Numbered from the stretch's first letter, positions 23,187 through 38,474 are shown. The stretch: DNA of 64,000 nucleotides from Octopus vulgaris (GCA_951406725.2 OX597820.1:89962001-90026000), one strand, 5' to 3'. The notes: generated by a model not told the origin, from the letters alone. Translations and numbers: made by a program.

Positions 23187-26100
23187 CTTAGGCAAGTATT
23201 CCGATGAGTGCAGGAAATGAATATAATTCTTCATCACTAAAGTATCAAAATTTACGTACGGAATTCAGAGTAACCTCAGCATATAAGGTAAAACGGAACT
23301 GTAATGCCAAAATATCTCAAAGGTCAGTGAGTTGGGAAGCAACGTTGAAAACAAGAAGGGAGGGTACCGAATTACATCAAATTTATTTTAAATAAGCTGT
23401 ATCGCAATCCAACATAATGGCAACTATTTAGACCCTCAGACGTTGGAACTAGATATTTATATCGTTAGACGAATTTACTTGTCTGTTCATGTTTGCATCT
23501 ATTTAACCGTAACATAGCACGGACACTTTGTCAACTACATTGCAGAATCAACATAGCTAAATATATATATTTTTTTCATCAGACCCGGAAATTTCATCGG
23601 CCCATTTAGATGAGCCGCTGCAAACGTCCCTTGAATGAGTTTCAAAAAATATAGTAAAACGTTACCGAGAAGAATTTTTCCAGAACCGTTTCAATCAATT
23701 GTACATTTGAAAAAGATGTATGTGTTTTGGTCCCAATCTAAGAAAACATTTCGGAACATTCCTGTCAGTGTTTTCTGAGCATTTCATATTATTTTTAACT
23801 GGATTTGTTAGTGTTGAATGAACTAATTATAAATGCATTATTCATTTAAAGACCTCAGAGAAAGAATGTGAATAAAATGTAAAACTGAGAGAAAGCGAGA
23901 GCGAGAGAGAGAGAGAGAGAGAGGCGGGGAGAGGGAACGTTTAATATTAGATACCTGAACTGCTCAAATTTCAAAGGCACATTTCCGTTTCCTTTGCTCA
24001 TTTGAACAGAAAAGTAAAAGATTGTTTTACATCTCTGAAATCTTTAAATGAGCGGCTTCGAATAATTATCATTCAGTGTTCTCGAGAAAGTGGCAGAGGT
24101 GAATTTAGTGAAAGAGTCTTCGACAATGACAGTACAAGGAAGAACAGTACCGACATAAACTACTGCTGCTGCTGCTGCTGCTACTACTACTACTACTACT
24201 ACTAGATGACCAAACTAGAGACACAAAAGTTTCCGAAAGTGAAAGTATGAACGAAATTGTGGGACATGCCAGTTCTAGTGATCAGAAAAAACATAAATCA
24301 GTGAGACATTCATGTCAAATATTTCCATGCAAGAATAGGTTTGCTGGCAGATAAATCAATCTCAACAAATAACAAATGTATCTCTAATAAACATTATTCC
24401 AATACAAAGATCTGGAAATATAATGTCAGGAATGTAGATGGGGTATAAAATCTGAATAGATGTAGTACTAGCAAAAAATGTATTAACATATTTAAAACAG
24501 GAATATCAAAAAACTTAAAAGACACACATATGCTGTGAGGATATAATGTTGCTAGTCAATATTACTTTTGCATTTCTGCTAAGTTTGGAGACCAACCTAG
24601 GATATATTTCAGTTATACTTTTTTCATGAATGTTCAGTTCATTTCAAACGATTTATGTGACTACCGTAGACACATTGTACTGTCGGCATCATAGAAAACT
24701 TTTATTCTACAAAGGAAAACGATTTAATTTAAAAGTAAATCATGTTAAATACGAACTGCTTGTTAAAAGATCGAATTAAATGTAGAAATCATTAATCAAG
24801 CACTACATCTGCTTGGAGTCAGATTCAATCAGGAATCAGCTGTAATGTTGTTAACTAAATTACATAATGAATAATCTAAGCTTAAAGAAAATACGCCACT
24901 GTCTCAGGGACATAAAATCTTTGATACTGTAACTCACAGTTATACTATATACTGAGCATACTTCACTGAATTGATAATACCATTACTAATTTGCTTGATA
25001 AATTGTCATTAAATAATTGGAAATAACTGTGAATTTAGTAATCTCTCGCATTAAATTTTTTTTATCAATTTTGACTGTGACATTTTTTGTCTGTTCATAT
25101 TACTTGCATCCAAGCAATACCTGGAAAAGAAAAGCAATCACACAGGACTGTGGTTGAATTATTTTTCTAGCGAGGATATTTTCTATCTCTGTGATCACTT
25201 CTATGCTGTCAAGCTATGGTAGTTCTTGATCAAAGTATATGTAGAACGCTTAAGTGAAAAAGACAATTTTATATATCAAAATAGAAAACTGATTAGTTTA
25301 AAAAAAGTTGCGACAAAATATGCGCTAAAAACGAGACAGTAACACAGAGATTCAAATTCTAAGCTGTACTGTCTTTATTTCTGTAATCTGTATAATTCAG
25401 TGGCCCTTGAATGAAGGATCTCAGCTGGAGGAATTTAATTCTGTATATTTCACAAAATTGCTGCCACAGAAGAAAACTTATGAGGCAAATATTGATTACA
25501 TCAGGAAGGGATTGATACCTGATGTGGTTTAAATCATTATTTCGCTGTTATTTTAAAAGTAAATTTAATATAATTAATTACGATGGTGTACTTGCGTGGC
25601 AAGTCTTTTGAACCGAGTCCATGTGCTGAAACGAAAGGGACTGCAGCATGGAAAGCATATGTTACCATTCAGAAACACACAGACACTATTATAATTACAT
25701 TTATGTAATACGGTGTCAAAATTTTCGTCGCTCCAAACTGCAGCCTGATCAGTGACATTAATGCACTAACGTTGTCAGTGAAATTCCAGAGACACACAAA
25801 CACTGTTAACACTGCAGTGAACAAATTTTGTGTGTTGCTAAATGGCTTATATGTGTCTTCCATACTGCAATATTCTTAATAAAATAAAGATTTTGAAAGG
25901 GGTAATCTAATTCTGAAAATCATCTCAAGACTATATCAATGTTCACACCTGGCTTTCAGTATAAAGGGTAATCCACTCCTAGAAATATGCAATGTATTAG
26001 TGCACTTCTCGCCACGTCTCCAATGAACATATTCAGAACTACTTGCTGAATCTTTGCTTTCCCATTTTATTAAGGTGAAATATATTTCGCATCCGTATAA

Positions 26101-29100
26101 TTCTTCTTTCTTCAGTGTATTGTTGGACGAGTAAAAAATGTTTCAGTTTGTCTTTAAAAACCAACAGGAAAACATCGGTGAGCCTTCAGCTCAGCTTAGT
26201 AATTAAGTGCGAATTAAAATTAAAGATTCATATCTTAACATAGTTAATAGACTTGTGACTGCTTCCTGCTCCTAAAGAAACATATACCGTGTAACTTGCT
26301 CGTGTCTAAGTTTTCAAATATAATTCCATTCATATTTAAGATACATTATTACAATGATTACAACAGAAGGAAAATACTCTTCGGGTAACTTAAGGGTTTA
26401 AAATAGGGCAGACAAATTACAATGCCTAAAAATTTAACAACCTTCGAAGCATTTAAAATTCACATGTTTAAAACGTGGTGTATTCTAGATTTTTCTCGAA
26501 AAAGTCAACATGTCCAGGCCGCTATTACATCGGACTGCTTAACAAGTCATATTTCATGTAATTGCTTTCAAATTAGCGTCGTTTCATTCATCTTCTGCTG
26601 CATTATTGGCATTTAACTGCTTCCTCTCCGATTCCCCGCGGGCACAATTTTTATACAATTTACTTTCTTTCAATTTATAATAAATTCTTCTATTCCTACT
26701 GTTTGAACACTTGAAAAGATTCATTTTATCATTTTTTATATTTTTTGTGTATTTATCAATAACAATGAAATTTGGCAGTAAAATGTGTTGTCTGCAAAGT
26801 AACAGAGTAGGAAAAAAAATGCAGGTGCAGGAGTGATAATATTTTCAATTGATGACAAAGGTTGAAAGTAATCATGCTGCAGCTGAAGTACAAATGTATA
26901 TTGTTTTTAGGTAGATTATATATAAAATTGTTCGCCGTCTTTAGATTATAACTTCGAATATGAAGAAAAACTTTATATACAAATTTGTATTTTATTTAAA
27001 ATATGGAAGATGGTGCGAGTGGCTTGAAGTACTGGCATATAGTGGGGACTTAGCCAGTTTTCCAGAATTTCAAAGTGCTCAGCTGTTTTCATCTCATGAC
27101 ATTGTTTTCAATCATAGTTGAGCTGACATTTAAGCATATAGAAATATGAGGCCATTGGGAGGGAAGAGCAACTTGAATGCGCCTAAATTTCCTTAGTAAG
27201 AATCATATACGCTATATTAAGTTATCAGCTCAGAAATAATGAGGAACATTTGTTGACGTGCATTTAGTGATATCTATGTTGTCCACGAAAAATTTACCTA
27301 TCATGCGCATCAGAGAAAATGAATTCAGAATTTATACACAAGGGAGCCTGGAAATTTAGCTCTCGTTTTCAAATGTGATCGGTTTCCCAAACATAAATAA
27401 ATTTAAATTAATACTAAAGAGTTAATGCCATGGAAATACTCCAATTGCCATTTAGCAAAGCCAAATGGTTCGGATAACACGGTGATATTTCCTACCTGCT
27501 AATACCTAAATATCTCAACACATCTGATTTTCTCGCTAGCAAGTGTATTCCTAGTTTTGACTCGCATTTTGCGGGCATAGGAATCAACCATTTCGGTATA
27601 TAGAGTTAATTCGTTTTATTGTATTGAAGACGTTTCTCATGGATCAAGCCTCATATGCTGCATACATGTTTTCTCCTTCTGCATGAACCTTATTCTCAGT
27701 ATCTCAAGCATAATATACATAAAGAATAAGGATGACAATAATTTCTAACAATTGCGCAAATTCACAATCGTTTCGTTGCAAGCATAACTCCAATGATGTG
27801 CCGTATCGGCGTAATCGAACCAGCACTTAACTGGATTTGAACTCAGAACACAGCAGATCTAACTAATGAACACTCAGTTAAATACACTGTCGATTCTGCT
27901 ATTCCATTGCTCCATTTTTAATTATATCAATATTAATGATGCCTAGCATTATCACAAGTCAAAAATCGATGCTTTACCTGGAACTTAGTGCATCAATATC
28001 AAAAATATGGCAGACAAGAGTCAAAGCTTGTAGGTGTTGAATTCTGGACTTAAGTTGACAAAGCGAAATAATCTCTGGGGAGGGGACCATTACTGTTGCT
28101 GTCACGGTTTTTTGTAGATTCAAACTAGGTTGAAATTTTCAAATTTGGCTAATTGATGTAATTGTTCAGTTTGAACCTGATGTTGTCATCCACTTGTTCT
28201 AAAAAAAAAAAGAAAAAAAGGAAAATGTTACAAAACTTTAAAATTTGATAATTTTTAAGCAATCAGAAAAGACGATTTGGAGGCTGGCATTCTGTGCGTG
28301 ATGATAGTCTAGGCCAACATTACGATAACAAAGTTGTAAGAAGCTTTAAAGTTTTAATAGGCATGTACGCAATATAGAAAGGAAACACTTTCGGTCATAT
28401 GCATGCATTCATTAGAACACAAAATGTTTATGTACACTGTCAGTCTATATATTTTCACACAAATAGCGTTTAGATGTAAGATTTCGCCATAAGATGTTGT
28501 TGCATTGCGGGTAATCATCTTGTTTTTCATATTATTTAAGTTTATATCTTTTACACCTACAGAAAGTATTTCCTAGCTATAGGATTCCGTTGAATTGGTA
28601 AAATATCGTTTATAGATAAGATATTTAGACGTTTAAGGCTTGTCAGCGGAACAAAATATGTAAGTGGATTACCAGTGTGAGTTCTAGTGACACTCAATTG
28701 ATTACAAAGAAATACTGGGAGGCTTATAGTTCAGAGCAGCACAGATTTTACCTACTCTCCGGTAAAACGATTAGGATTATTAAAGTGGTTAAATCGTTCA
28801 TATGAAAAATATCTGCAAAAATAACATTATATATCATTGAAAAGTTTTATGACGATAATATATCATCATGCATTTAAGAAAAAAATATAAGTAATCTAAA
28901 CTACGTTTACGAGTAAAAAGAGCAACGACGTTAAATATTTATTATGAAAAGTGACAAAACACTCCAATAAAGCGAAGAACATCGAAATTCAATGACTAAA
29001 CTTGTTGACAGAATATGGTCTCTCCTGGTACATATAAATCTACAATAAAATGTCAGATAAAAATTGACAGCAGTTTAGAAATGATGAACGATTCATAAAT

Positions 29101-30406
29101 TCACAGACCCATGTTTTCTACAAACTGGTCGAGAGAAAGTTATTTGCTGTGTTAATTCTCCAATAAATTTTTAATGTAAATATACAGTGAAGCATACTGT
29201 TTTATGTACCGGACATATTCACAAAGTTATTATACTGTAAAAATTTACTTTAGTATTTGACATGTTTTCCTTGTTCTTCCAAATCTTATTTAGATTGATA
29301 GTTTTATTAGAGTAGATAGGAAAAATTAATAAAATCAAATTTAATGGTATGTTTAGTAGCCGTAATATATAGATTATGATGCATGGACTAATGCCAGAAT
29401 TTACTACTATACGAAACTGAAAGTTATTCGCATGTCTAGAATAAATGTTTCCGATCAAAGTTATAATTGAACGTACACCATACTTCCCAGCTCCCAAGGT
29501 AGCTTGTTGTTTGAAAACAATCCCGAAAATCATCTTGTGTCTTTTTAGAAATCTATATCAAGAATACTTTGATTGTGGGGTGGATGAATTACTATATTTA
29601 TTAGGTTTGTTATACTCTAGTGGTAACTACTAAGAACTCTACAAAACCAATAAGTGAACTCATTTTGCTTTGTATAGTTAATGTAAAACGACAATAATAA
29701 ACACCACATACATCGTTTGAAGTGTAGTAGGTGCAGCACCAAGCTAGACGTTAGCCATTATTTGTTAATAGAGTTAATAAGATTGCAATACGAAGAAGAT
29801 ACTATACAAAGTCAAATAAGTGGAAAATACAAACACAGTACCAAGTTATTGAGTATGCAAAACAGCACTGCAACCAGAAGCTGAGCTCATTATGAGCCAT
29901 CACGGAAAAATGATTGTGAATAGACAAAATATGAGGGGCATCGATGAAAAGGAGAATATGGAAATACCGCATTTATCATTGAGGAGAATTAAATTCCCCA
30001 AACTGTTGGATTATTTATGCACAATGAGGGAAGTATGAGGCATATATTCTCAAGAAAGTTTAGAATGTACCAAGAGACATTGGCTCGGAAACGAAATTTT
30101 CTTAGGGGTTGTAGACCAAACTCCCTAATTGTTATGTTTTCTTTATTTCTGTTCTTTGTTCTTTGAGAAGAAGCCTAACTTCATGCTGCTTTTTACAGAT
30201 CACATTTTACACTCTCTTTTCTAAACCTGAGAAAGTAAGAAAGGATGCAAATTTTGATTTTGCATCCCACAAAAATTTCAGGAGAGGCGATTGTAACCCT
30301 ACATCTCCTGTTCCTGAGTCCGTGCGGAGAGAGGAGACTGGCATAAAAGGGAAAATTTATAAGTACAGAAGTATTGAGTTTCATGGATTTTCGAATTGGG
30401 ACTACC

Positions 30407-30638
30407 TGTTTCTTTATTACCCACAAGGGGCTAAACACAGAGGGGACAAACAAGGACAGACATAGGTATTAAGTCGATTACATCGACCCCAGTGCGTAAC
30501 TGGTACTTAATTTATCGACCCCGAAAAGTTGAAAGGCAAAGTCGACCTCGGCGGAATTTGAACTCACAACGTAACGCAGACGAAATACCGCTAAGCATTT
30601 CGCCCGGCGTGCTAACGTTTCTGCCAGCTTGCCGCCTT
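30407..30638 (-). mobile_element. SINE family A with 11-bp TSD
   Basis: Full copy; TTGGGACTACC at 30396-30406 and 30639-30649. Confidence 0.92.
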
Positions 30639-31619
30639 TTGGGACTACCGTTGCCTGAAGCAGATACGGATTGCACACAGTATTTCCGAAGAATAAGGAG
30701 ACAAAATATTGTGTTATAACTATGTATAAGATTTTCTTGTTTTGTAGACCACACATCAGCTACTGTTTCACCAAACATTAAACGAGAAACAATGCAAATG
30801 AAAATTATCACATCTTGTTGTTTTCCCTTGATGTTGTGTATTTTTCAACACAAGGATTGTGTGGGTGAAGGAAGTTTGAAATTGGGTGGCGATTTATGGT
30901 ACCTGTGTCCAAGTGTCTACTCGTGAATATAAATTTTCTTGAGTGAGATCTGTTCGACAAGGTAAAAGCAACAATTGAAAAATAAAGCAAAGCTCATAGT
31001 TTTATATATGGAAGTGAGAGAATTACACGTATATTCCACTCTTTCAGTATCTCTCTCACATATTTTTTACAAGAATATAATAAGGTCCAAAGTAGACTAC
31101 TGATCTCTTCAGTATGTTACAGCAGGGAACATAGGCAGCGGCGACTTGGAAATACATCTAAAACACCTGCACAATTAACGGAATGTAGACGAACAATATG
31201 GAAGTCGTAGCGGGCATATCTAGTGGCGTTGTGCTAAATGATATTGCACAACTCGTCTGTATTGAATTATATGCATTGCTATCTAAATGTAGTGCTTATC
31301 ACTTGAATTTCTCCAGCCCTTGTAACCGAAAGTAGGGCTTTATAAAAGCAAATTTTATGATCGTCTGCAACTTATATATCTTCTTTCTTGAGAAGTTTTT
31401 ATGTAACATTCCTAAAATTTTAAATGACTGAAGTGCAATTGTTTATATGTTGCAGACCGTCATAAAGTATTTTCTACATGTATTCGTTAGGTGATTGAAA
31501 TTTCTGTTTGGTTTTATCCAGGTTACTGTGGCTTTAGTGTTCGATTAGAAAAGCATTTTGTATTCATTTTCATAACGCTTTGTAATATCTGTATATGAAT
31601 TCTTTGTGAGTGTGTGTAT

Positions 31620-31825
31620 GTGTGAAAAAGAGTGAGAGAGAGAGAGAGTGAGAGAAAGACAAAAAGAGAGAGAGAGAAAAAGATGGAGAGGGCGAGAAAG
31701 AGGGAGAGAAGGTGGAAGAGAGAGAAAGAGGGCGAGAGAGAGAATAGGGGAGAGTGAGATAAAGAAAGACAGAGGAAGTGAAATCGAGAAAGAGAGAGAG
31801 AGAGGGAGAAATAAAGAGAAAGAAC
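31620..31825. repeat. GA-rich low-complexity tract
   Basis: Direct reading. Confidence 0.9.
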
Positions 31826-32919
31826 CTTATATTTCTTTTGAAGGTCATAGTTACATTCTCCTATAAAATATACAAACGACTGAATAGATATAATTTCTAT
31901 ACATCAGAAAGAATAACAAAAGCGATTCTAATAAATTAACAAAAAAGGTGTCAAAACGTTTTACATTATGCTTTATTTCGTAGAAACAATCTTATATTTT
32001 AAATGTTTTACATGTAATTTTGTATTGTGTTTTCCTATAATTTATAACACTCTTTTGTTCTTAGAATATATTTCCTAACTTTTACAGAAGTTTGATTTAT
32101 AGATATTCATTTCTGCTAACAAAGAACAAAACCAATTTTTGCGAGGGAACGAAGTCAGTTTAATCGATTCAGCAGTATATATATTATTGCTGCTTATTTT
32201 ATCGATCCAGGTGGATAAAACAGCATCGTCAACAGACTTCTACGGGATTTACATTTAGAACAGGGATAAGAAAATCTAAATATTAAATGTCATTTTCTGT
32301 TATACGATATTGTTTTTAGAATCCCATCGACGCTTTGGCATATCAAATACCATTATAAGGAGAGCTATAAAAAGTGATCAGTTCTTGTCTATATGGATCC
32401 ATTACGCTATTTCCAATCTTATTACGTATCTCACCTACAGCTTCTAAAGGTGTCGGATTCGTAGGATATTTTTGATATCAGATAAGACAAATAGAAGTAT
32501 ATATACTATCCTCTAAGGGGAACTTTGTCTTTCATCCTTACGGGATCAATACGATAAAGTACTAGTCAATTACACAAGTCAATTTTACCTGTTGATATTT
32601 GTATCGGCCGGGCTTCTTGAAACCAGAGACTACCGTTTAGAATTCAAAATCAATCTTTTCAGTCATACTTCTACTGTAAGTGTGAGTGAGAGTGTAAAAC
32701 TTTATCTACCCTTATAGGTGTATTATCCTCTAAACAGTATACCAGTTAGGAATAGCAGCCCCGGTATTTATAAACTTTGAAAGATATAATGACGACGCAA
32801 CAAAATGTTTTGCATAAATTTGCATATATCCATAATATACTGTATAAACAAACATGTAGCATTGCAAAAAATATACCAAAATACGTTTTGTTATAGGTAT
32901 AAATTCCTTCCCTGCCCTG

Positions 32920-33220
32920 AACCATCCAACGCTGAGTATAAGCCACTTATAATTGAATTCCACGTCGCATAACTTTTCGCTTCTGTACTTATACTCTGCC
33001 ATGATGGTCCCCCCTTCTCTAGTTCCTTTTGTGTTGATGTACGCCACGAGTTCTTAGGCCTACCTTTCTTTCTATATCCATCCGGATTCCACTGTAAAAC
33101 ACTTTTCGCTACATTTGGTGTGTCTTTTCTAATTACGCTACCAATCCACTTTCACTTTTTTCTTAAATATTTCCTCCATAATCAAAACTTGATTTGTTCT
33201 TTGCCATAACAATAGCCAGT
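32920..33220 (-). mobile_element. RTE-clade LINE 3' end fragment
   Basis: KWIGSVIRKD...VLQWNPDGYRKKGRPKNSWR...ELEKGGPSW. Confidence 0.85.
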
Positions 33221-35164
33221 ATATGTGCAAAATACTGTTTAAATGATGGAAGGTGAAAAAAAATTCAGTATATGAATATGACAAAAATGTAAACATTTTT
33301 TCCAGGCAATTGATGCACAGAATAAGTGGGATGGATTCTCCTGATAGACCGTTTCATACTTTATCTCCCCTCGGAAATTTTATCCAGCTTTCTTTCCTGA
33401 TTGGTTGCTTAGTCGCTTGTTATAAATTAGGAACTTGTCGGATAGTGTAGTTTGCAGCTCGTCATTTACTGGACATGTATTTTATGCACTACAATTCTTA
33501 TATCAGAACTGGACTTAATATTATAGAAAGTCTCTCTGTCTGGCCTTATACCAAACTTTGAAACTAATATTATAGAAAGTCTCATTTTTATTGCTAGCTT
33601 AATTTATGACTCATATATAACTACAAATATACGCTGCAGATCGGGAAAGGAAGCCAGGCGTAGGTTTACTGAGGAGCGGTAATTACATCGTTAAACGTTC
33701 CATCAGAAGATACCTCCTTCCTTTTTATGAGCATATCAGTCGTATATAGAGAATGTTATTTAGAGTTATTTAACTTAATCTGTACATATTTCTCCAATTT
33801 TAGAATATATAATTAACGTGCTCACAAAAACACACACGTACATATGTAATTCACAAGCATAAATCTACCGTGTCTCCCTCTCCCTCACACGCATATCCAT
33901 TTTGTGATTGCTTACGTGAATGGAAAATATAAGAACGGCATGAAATAATCATCTTAATATACTGTTTAGGTAGGTTCAAGGATTGGCATGAAAACATTAG
34001 ATATTTTAAAAATATATCATGGATGGAAAATACTTACTGACATAAACTGCATTTAAAGCAATAAACAAGCTGCTGTCAACATATGATGCAGCGAGTGTCA
34101 GAAATGTTTTTCTGGGATTGTCTTCTGTACTTGTTAAACGGTTCAAAATGATGTCTTTTATTCACTCGTGGCCGCCCAAACGGTTCCAGCCACCGCTAGT
34201 GTGAATCATTATGTCATAAGGACTTATTTTAGAAAAATTAATAAAATACGTATTTTTAATATTTTCTTTACATATCATGATGTTTTTAAATTCTCTATTC
34301 GTTGTTAGTCATGTACAGCACTACTCCATTCTTTTAAGAAATCATATGCATGACATACCAGAAAAATATTATTAAATATTTTATGAAGTGAGACATTTCT
34401 TTAAGGATGGGAAAATATTTACAGTCTGGAGGTAATTCACGGACGGTGTGTTTCATGTTCCTCGAACGTTAATTACGAATCAAAAGAATTGAGAGAAAGA
34501 ACTTAATGTTTGCAACATATAGAATAATAACAGTTTCCAGGAAATTCTAAGATGCGAAAATGTCACACAGTAGCCAATAATTCGACTAGAGTTTGGACTA
34601 AAAGCAACTTCACAAACCTTTTCCCAATGATATTCTTTGAGGTGTAGACACTTATTTTATTCGATTATATTTTAATGGTATTACATCATGTGTAGAAGGG
34701 AAGATATATCTGCTTATAAACATCCGCATCTTGATCATAGTCAAGATTTTCAAAATGACTTTCACGAATTCAGTGTTAGAATTAAATAATGCCTCAATTG
34801 TGTACAATAGAATATTCATCAGACGGGCATTTTAGGCAACATCAGTGAATGTTTTATTTACATTTCCAATTTCTGTATCAGAGGCAATATATCCGTCCGA
34901 TCATGTGACTGGGCTGTAAGTGCGCGCCAATTAGAATGTCCCGAAGTTTTTGTCTGTCTAATGTCTATTAGGTTTTGTACAGATGAAATTCATAACTGAC
35001 GTTATCTCAGGAGAAGCTGTAGTAACTTGCCTGTCGAGTGTGTATATACAGTATGATTCATAGCTGGCCATGTTAATTAAATACTGACTCAGTTGCGTAT
35101 GCTATGTATGTAGGAAGCTATAAAAGATTTTGTATTATTTATTCATAGTTGCACATGTTTACAT

Positions 35165-36335
35165 GTTAGATGAAGATGTACATGGATAAGCAAGAACGCA
35201 CAGCACTCAACATCTGCCGCTCGTGCATTTTCTTCTCCAGGTACGTTGATGATATGCTTATCATCACGTCCTCCAGGGATGAGGCCATTAATATACACCA
35301 GACCTTCAATAACACTGACATAAACATCAAATTCGAGATTGAACATCCAGACAAATCCAGAATCTCAACTTCCAACTGAAGATCACAGAGGAAGATTCCA
35401 TATTTGCCAAATTCTACAGAAAAGCCGCTAATAGAAAACTTTTCGTTCACTACCAATCAGTCTTACCCACCAGAGCCAAAGCCGCATATGTGAGAAACGA
35501 GATTGTACGTATAAACAACTATTGCAGTAACGTGACCGAAAAAGCCGTCAACAGCAAACAATCGCTCAGAAACCTAACACTGAATGGCTACACACCATCT
35601 TTAGCTAAACAAAAGCGCCTGAAGGACATCAAGGTCAATAAACTCTGGAAGAATAATCATACTCCCAAGTTCGGCAAGTGCTTCTTAAAACCACTAAACT
35701 TTGACGATAGAACTACTGCAGCGATACAACACGCAGTTCGCAGGGAAGGACTCAACATACAGATAGTGTACGCTGGCTCTTTCCTGAAGAAAGCTCTTTC
35801 CAAGAACAACACCTCTCACTACTCCGAGGAGTGCACATTGTCGAACTGCCCCATGAATGACCCTGAATTGTGTCAGAGGACCTATGTTGTATATGAGATC
35901 ATCTGTGGCAAATGTGGCGCTTCCTACAGAGGAATCATGCAGGAAAATTGCATATACGGATTAAGGAAGACATGCAAGCAGGGACTGCCGTGAAGAAAGA
36001 TCTACGGAAATGCCAGATTCGGGAATACACAGTGCACATCAAGGCAACATAACGTAACAGGGACAACTTTAGAATCTCTGAGGCCATCCTCATACACCAA
36101 AAGAAACTGAAGAGAGTTATAGGAAGCTAGCCGATTACTATAGCAACACCTTTCTGCACATGTCCACTCCACACATGCTCACACGCACGGACATCAGCAA
36201 CATTAATTTATTTCTTGAAAATGGGGTCATAACCCCGAAATATTGAATACAAAGTAAGTCTACATTAATTCACATATTTGTTTTCTTGTGATTTACCTTG
36301 CATTTACTTTGCATTATTTTGGCCTTACCCACGAT
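35165..36335 (+). mobile_element. Penelope-like element, 5'-truncated, frameshifted (RT C-terminus, GIY-YIG, terminus)
   Basis: FSRYVDDML, IKFEIEHP, FYRK..N..FVH..S.LP, NEIVRI, LTLNGY and CTLSNCPMNDPELCQRTYVVYEIICGKCGASY. Confidence 0.9.
36212..36247 (+). ncRNA. Minimal hammerhead motif, U3-A8 variant, in PLE 3' terminus
   Basis: TTC-TTGAAAA-TGGGG(TCATAA)CCCC-GAAATATT-GAA. Confidence 0.55.
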
Positions 36336-37510
36336 TCTTTATACAATATATATTATTAACTCTATTAGTCCATTCATTAACATATGAAATTTAAAATAAA
36401 AATAAACCCCATAAGGTCTTAAAATAGAAGTATTGTCCAGTTGGACAAGAAAATGGTAGATTGAAGAAGACAAGTAATAGAGGTAAAATAATAAAAAGAA
36501 ATTAGACACGTAAACACATAAAACACATTTAGATTTACACAATTCTTATCCCTTAGAAGTCACGTGTCAGTAAGTTGTCTTAAAAACTCAGTCTAGTTTT
36601 CCCTATAAATCTGTACCTGGTAGTCGATACCCATAGACGGTATGTATGTATGCATATATATGTACGTATGAATGTATGTATGCATATCTATCCATTTATC
36701 TGTATGTTTGTACGTCTGCTTATCTATCTATCTATACTACTTGGTGCTACTACAATTAGCATAGAAGAGAATGATAGACCTGAAGAAGATATCGATTAAA
36801 GCTTTTACAATGTTAGAGACTGAAACTGAGCAATGACAAATTCCTCTTAAATACTTGCCTCAATTGGACAGCCATCAGCCGTGGCAATGCTCATCATATT
36901 TAAGCTGGCTGAAAATAATTTTCACAACACAAATCAATCAAACTAGCCATTATGTTTACGCTATCAATAGTTGCCAAATTCATTAAAATGCAACAATTAC
37001 AGCACAGTCTGAGAATAATCATATCTATTTCATGATACAAGACAATATTTTAACACATCTCATATTAATTGCAAAATTAAGTCTGTTTAATAGAAAATGA
37101 ATTAATCAGTAGACTATATGCATACAAAAATCGGTGTAAAAGCATTCATATATCAACGTATCTTTCATTACATAGCATTCACATGTGAATATATATGTCC
37201 GGATATTTGTACATATATATATACATAGAGAGAGAGACGTATGTTTTCTTATTCTTTGGAATAGTGATGAGTGACTTGTAGTTTATTTATATGTTTTGAT
37301 GTTGATTTACAACAAACAAAAATTATGAAAAATATCTCAAAGTAAAAAACTTAATTGGAAAATAAAATGATTTACATCAGAAAAGAACTGAAACAACACA
37401 CTCACATGTCAGATTATTTGCTTTTCTATAAAGCGTTAAATCGATTTGGTGATGTAGTACATGATAATGTAACAGAAAAAATGTCATTTAGAGAAAAATA
37501 ATTTTATAGC

Positions 37511-37577
<67 letters not shown>

Positions 37578-37993
37578 CATATATACAGACACTTATATAT
37601 TCTCATACACTCGCAAACACATATATACCAGTAGTTCTATGTAACATTACGGAATAAAATGTACCAGTGATAATCCGTTGTATTTAAACGTCCAATTGCA
37701 AATGGAAGATGGAAAGTAGTGTTCCAAACAGCTACAAATGTGATATATTACTGGGGGAAATGGGATATAAACTTGTGTTTATCATAATTTGATCTGTCTT
37801 TTATGATTTATCTATAAAGGCTACGGTCATGCTGGGCTACTGCTTTGCAATTTTTAAAATTGTCTGGTCACATTATGCGTAAACATTAAGTTACGGGGAC
37901 CGAAACAACTCAATACCGGTTGACAAGCAGTGGCGTGCGACAAACGCAAAAACATACCATGCATGCATACATAAATATAAATATTTAAATATG

Positions 37994-38084
<91 letters not shown>

Positions 38085-38474
38085 TTGCAATTAAGCTGGG
38101 GCACCGCCCTGAAGAATTTTAGTAGAATAAAACGAATCCAGTAATTGTTATTCTTTAAATCCAGGTACTTATTTTATAAAGCTCTTATGCCGAACAGCTA
38201 AGGTACTGTGATGCAAACACAGCAATACCACTTGTCAAGAGTTGGAAGAAAGTCACAAGTACAAAGACGCACACACATCGACATATTCATACACACACAC
38301 ACGTATATATATATATGATAAAAGAACATGCACAGTATATAGATATAAATTAAATTATTGATATAGAGTTAAGTAAAAATGTCTACTATTGTCTAAGTTT
38401 TACTCAATGCTAATTACAAATTTATAAATGAAATAAAATATAATTTCTATTTAGAATAAGTATTAAGTAAAAGT

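Noticed and set aside
29219-29533. ORF containing LGAGKYGV, resembling a kinase glycine loop
   Set aside because: No VAxK or other kinase motif follows and there is no convincing splice context; likely chance.
30080-30335. Possible MITE with weak inverted ends
   Set aside because: Terminal similarity is too low to support by eye.
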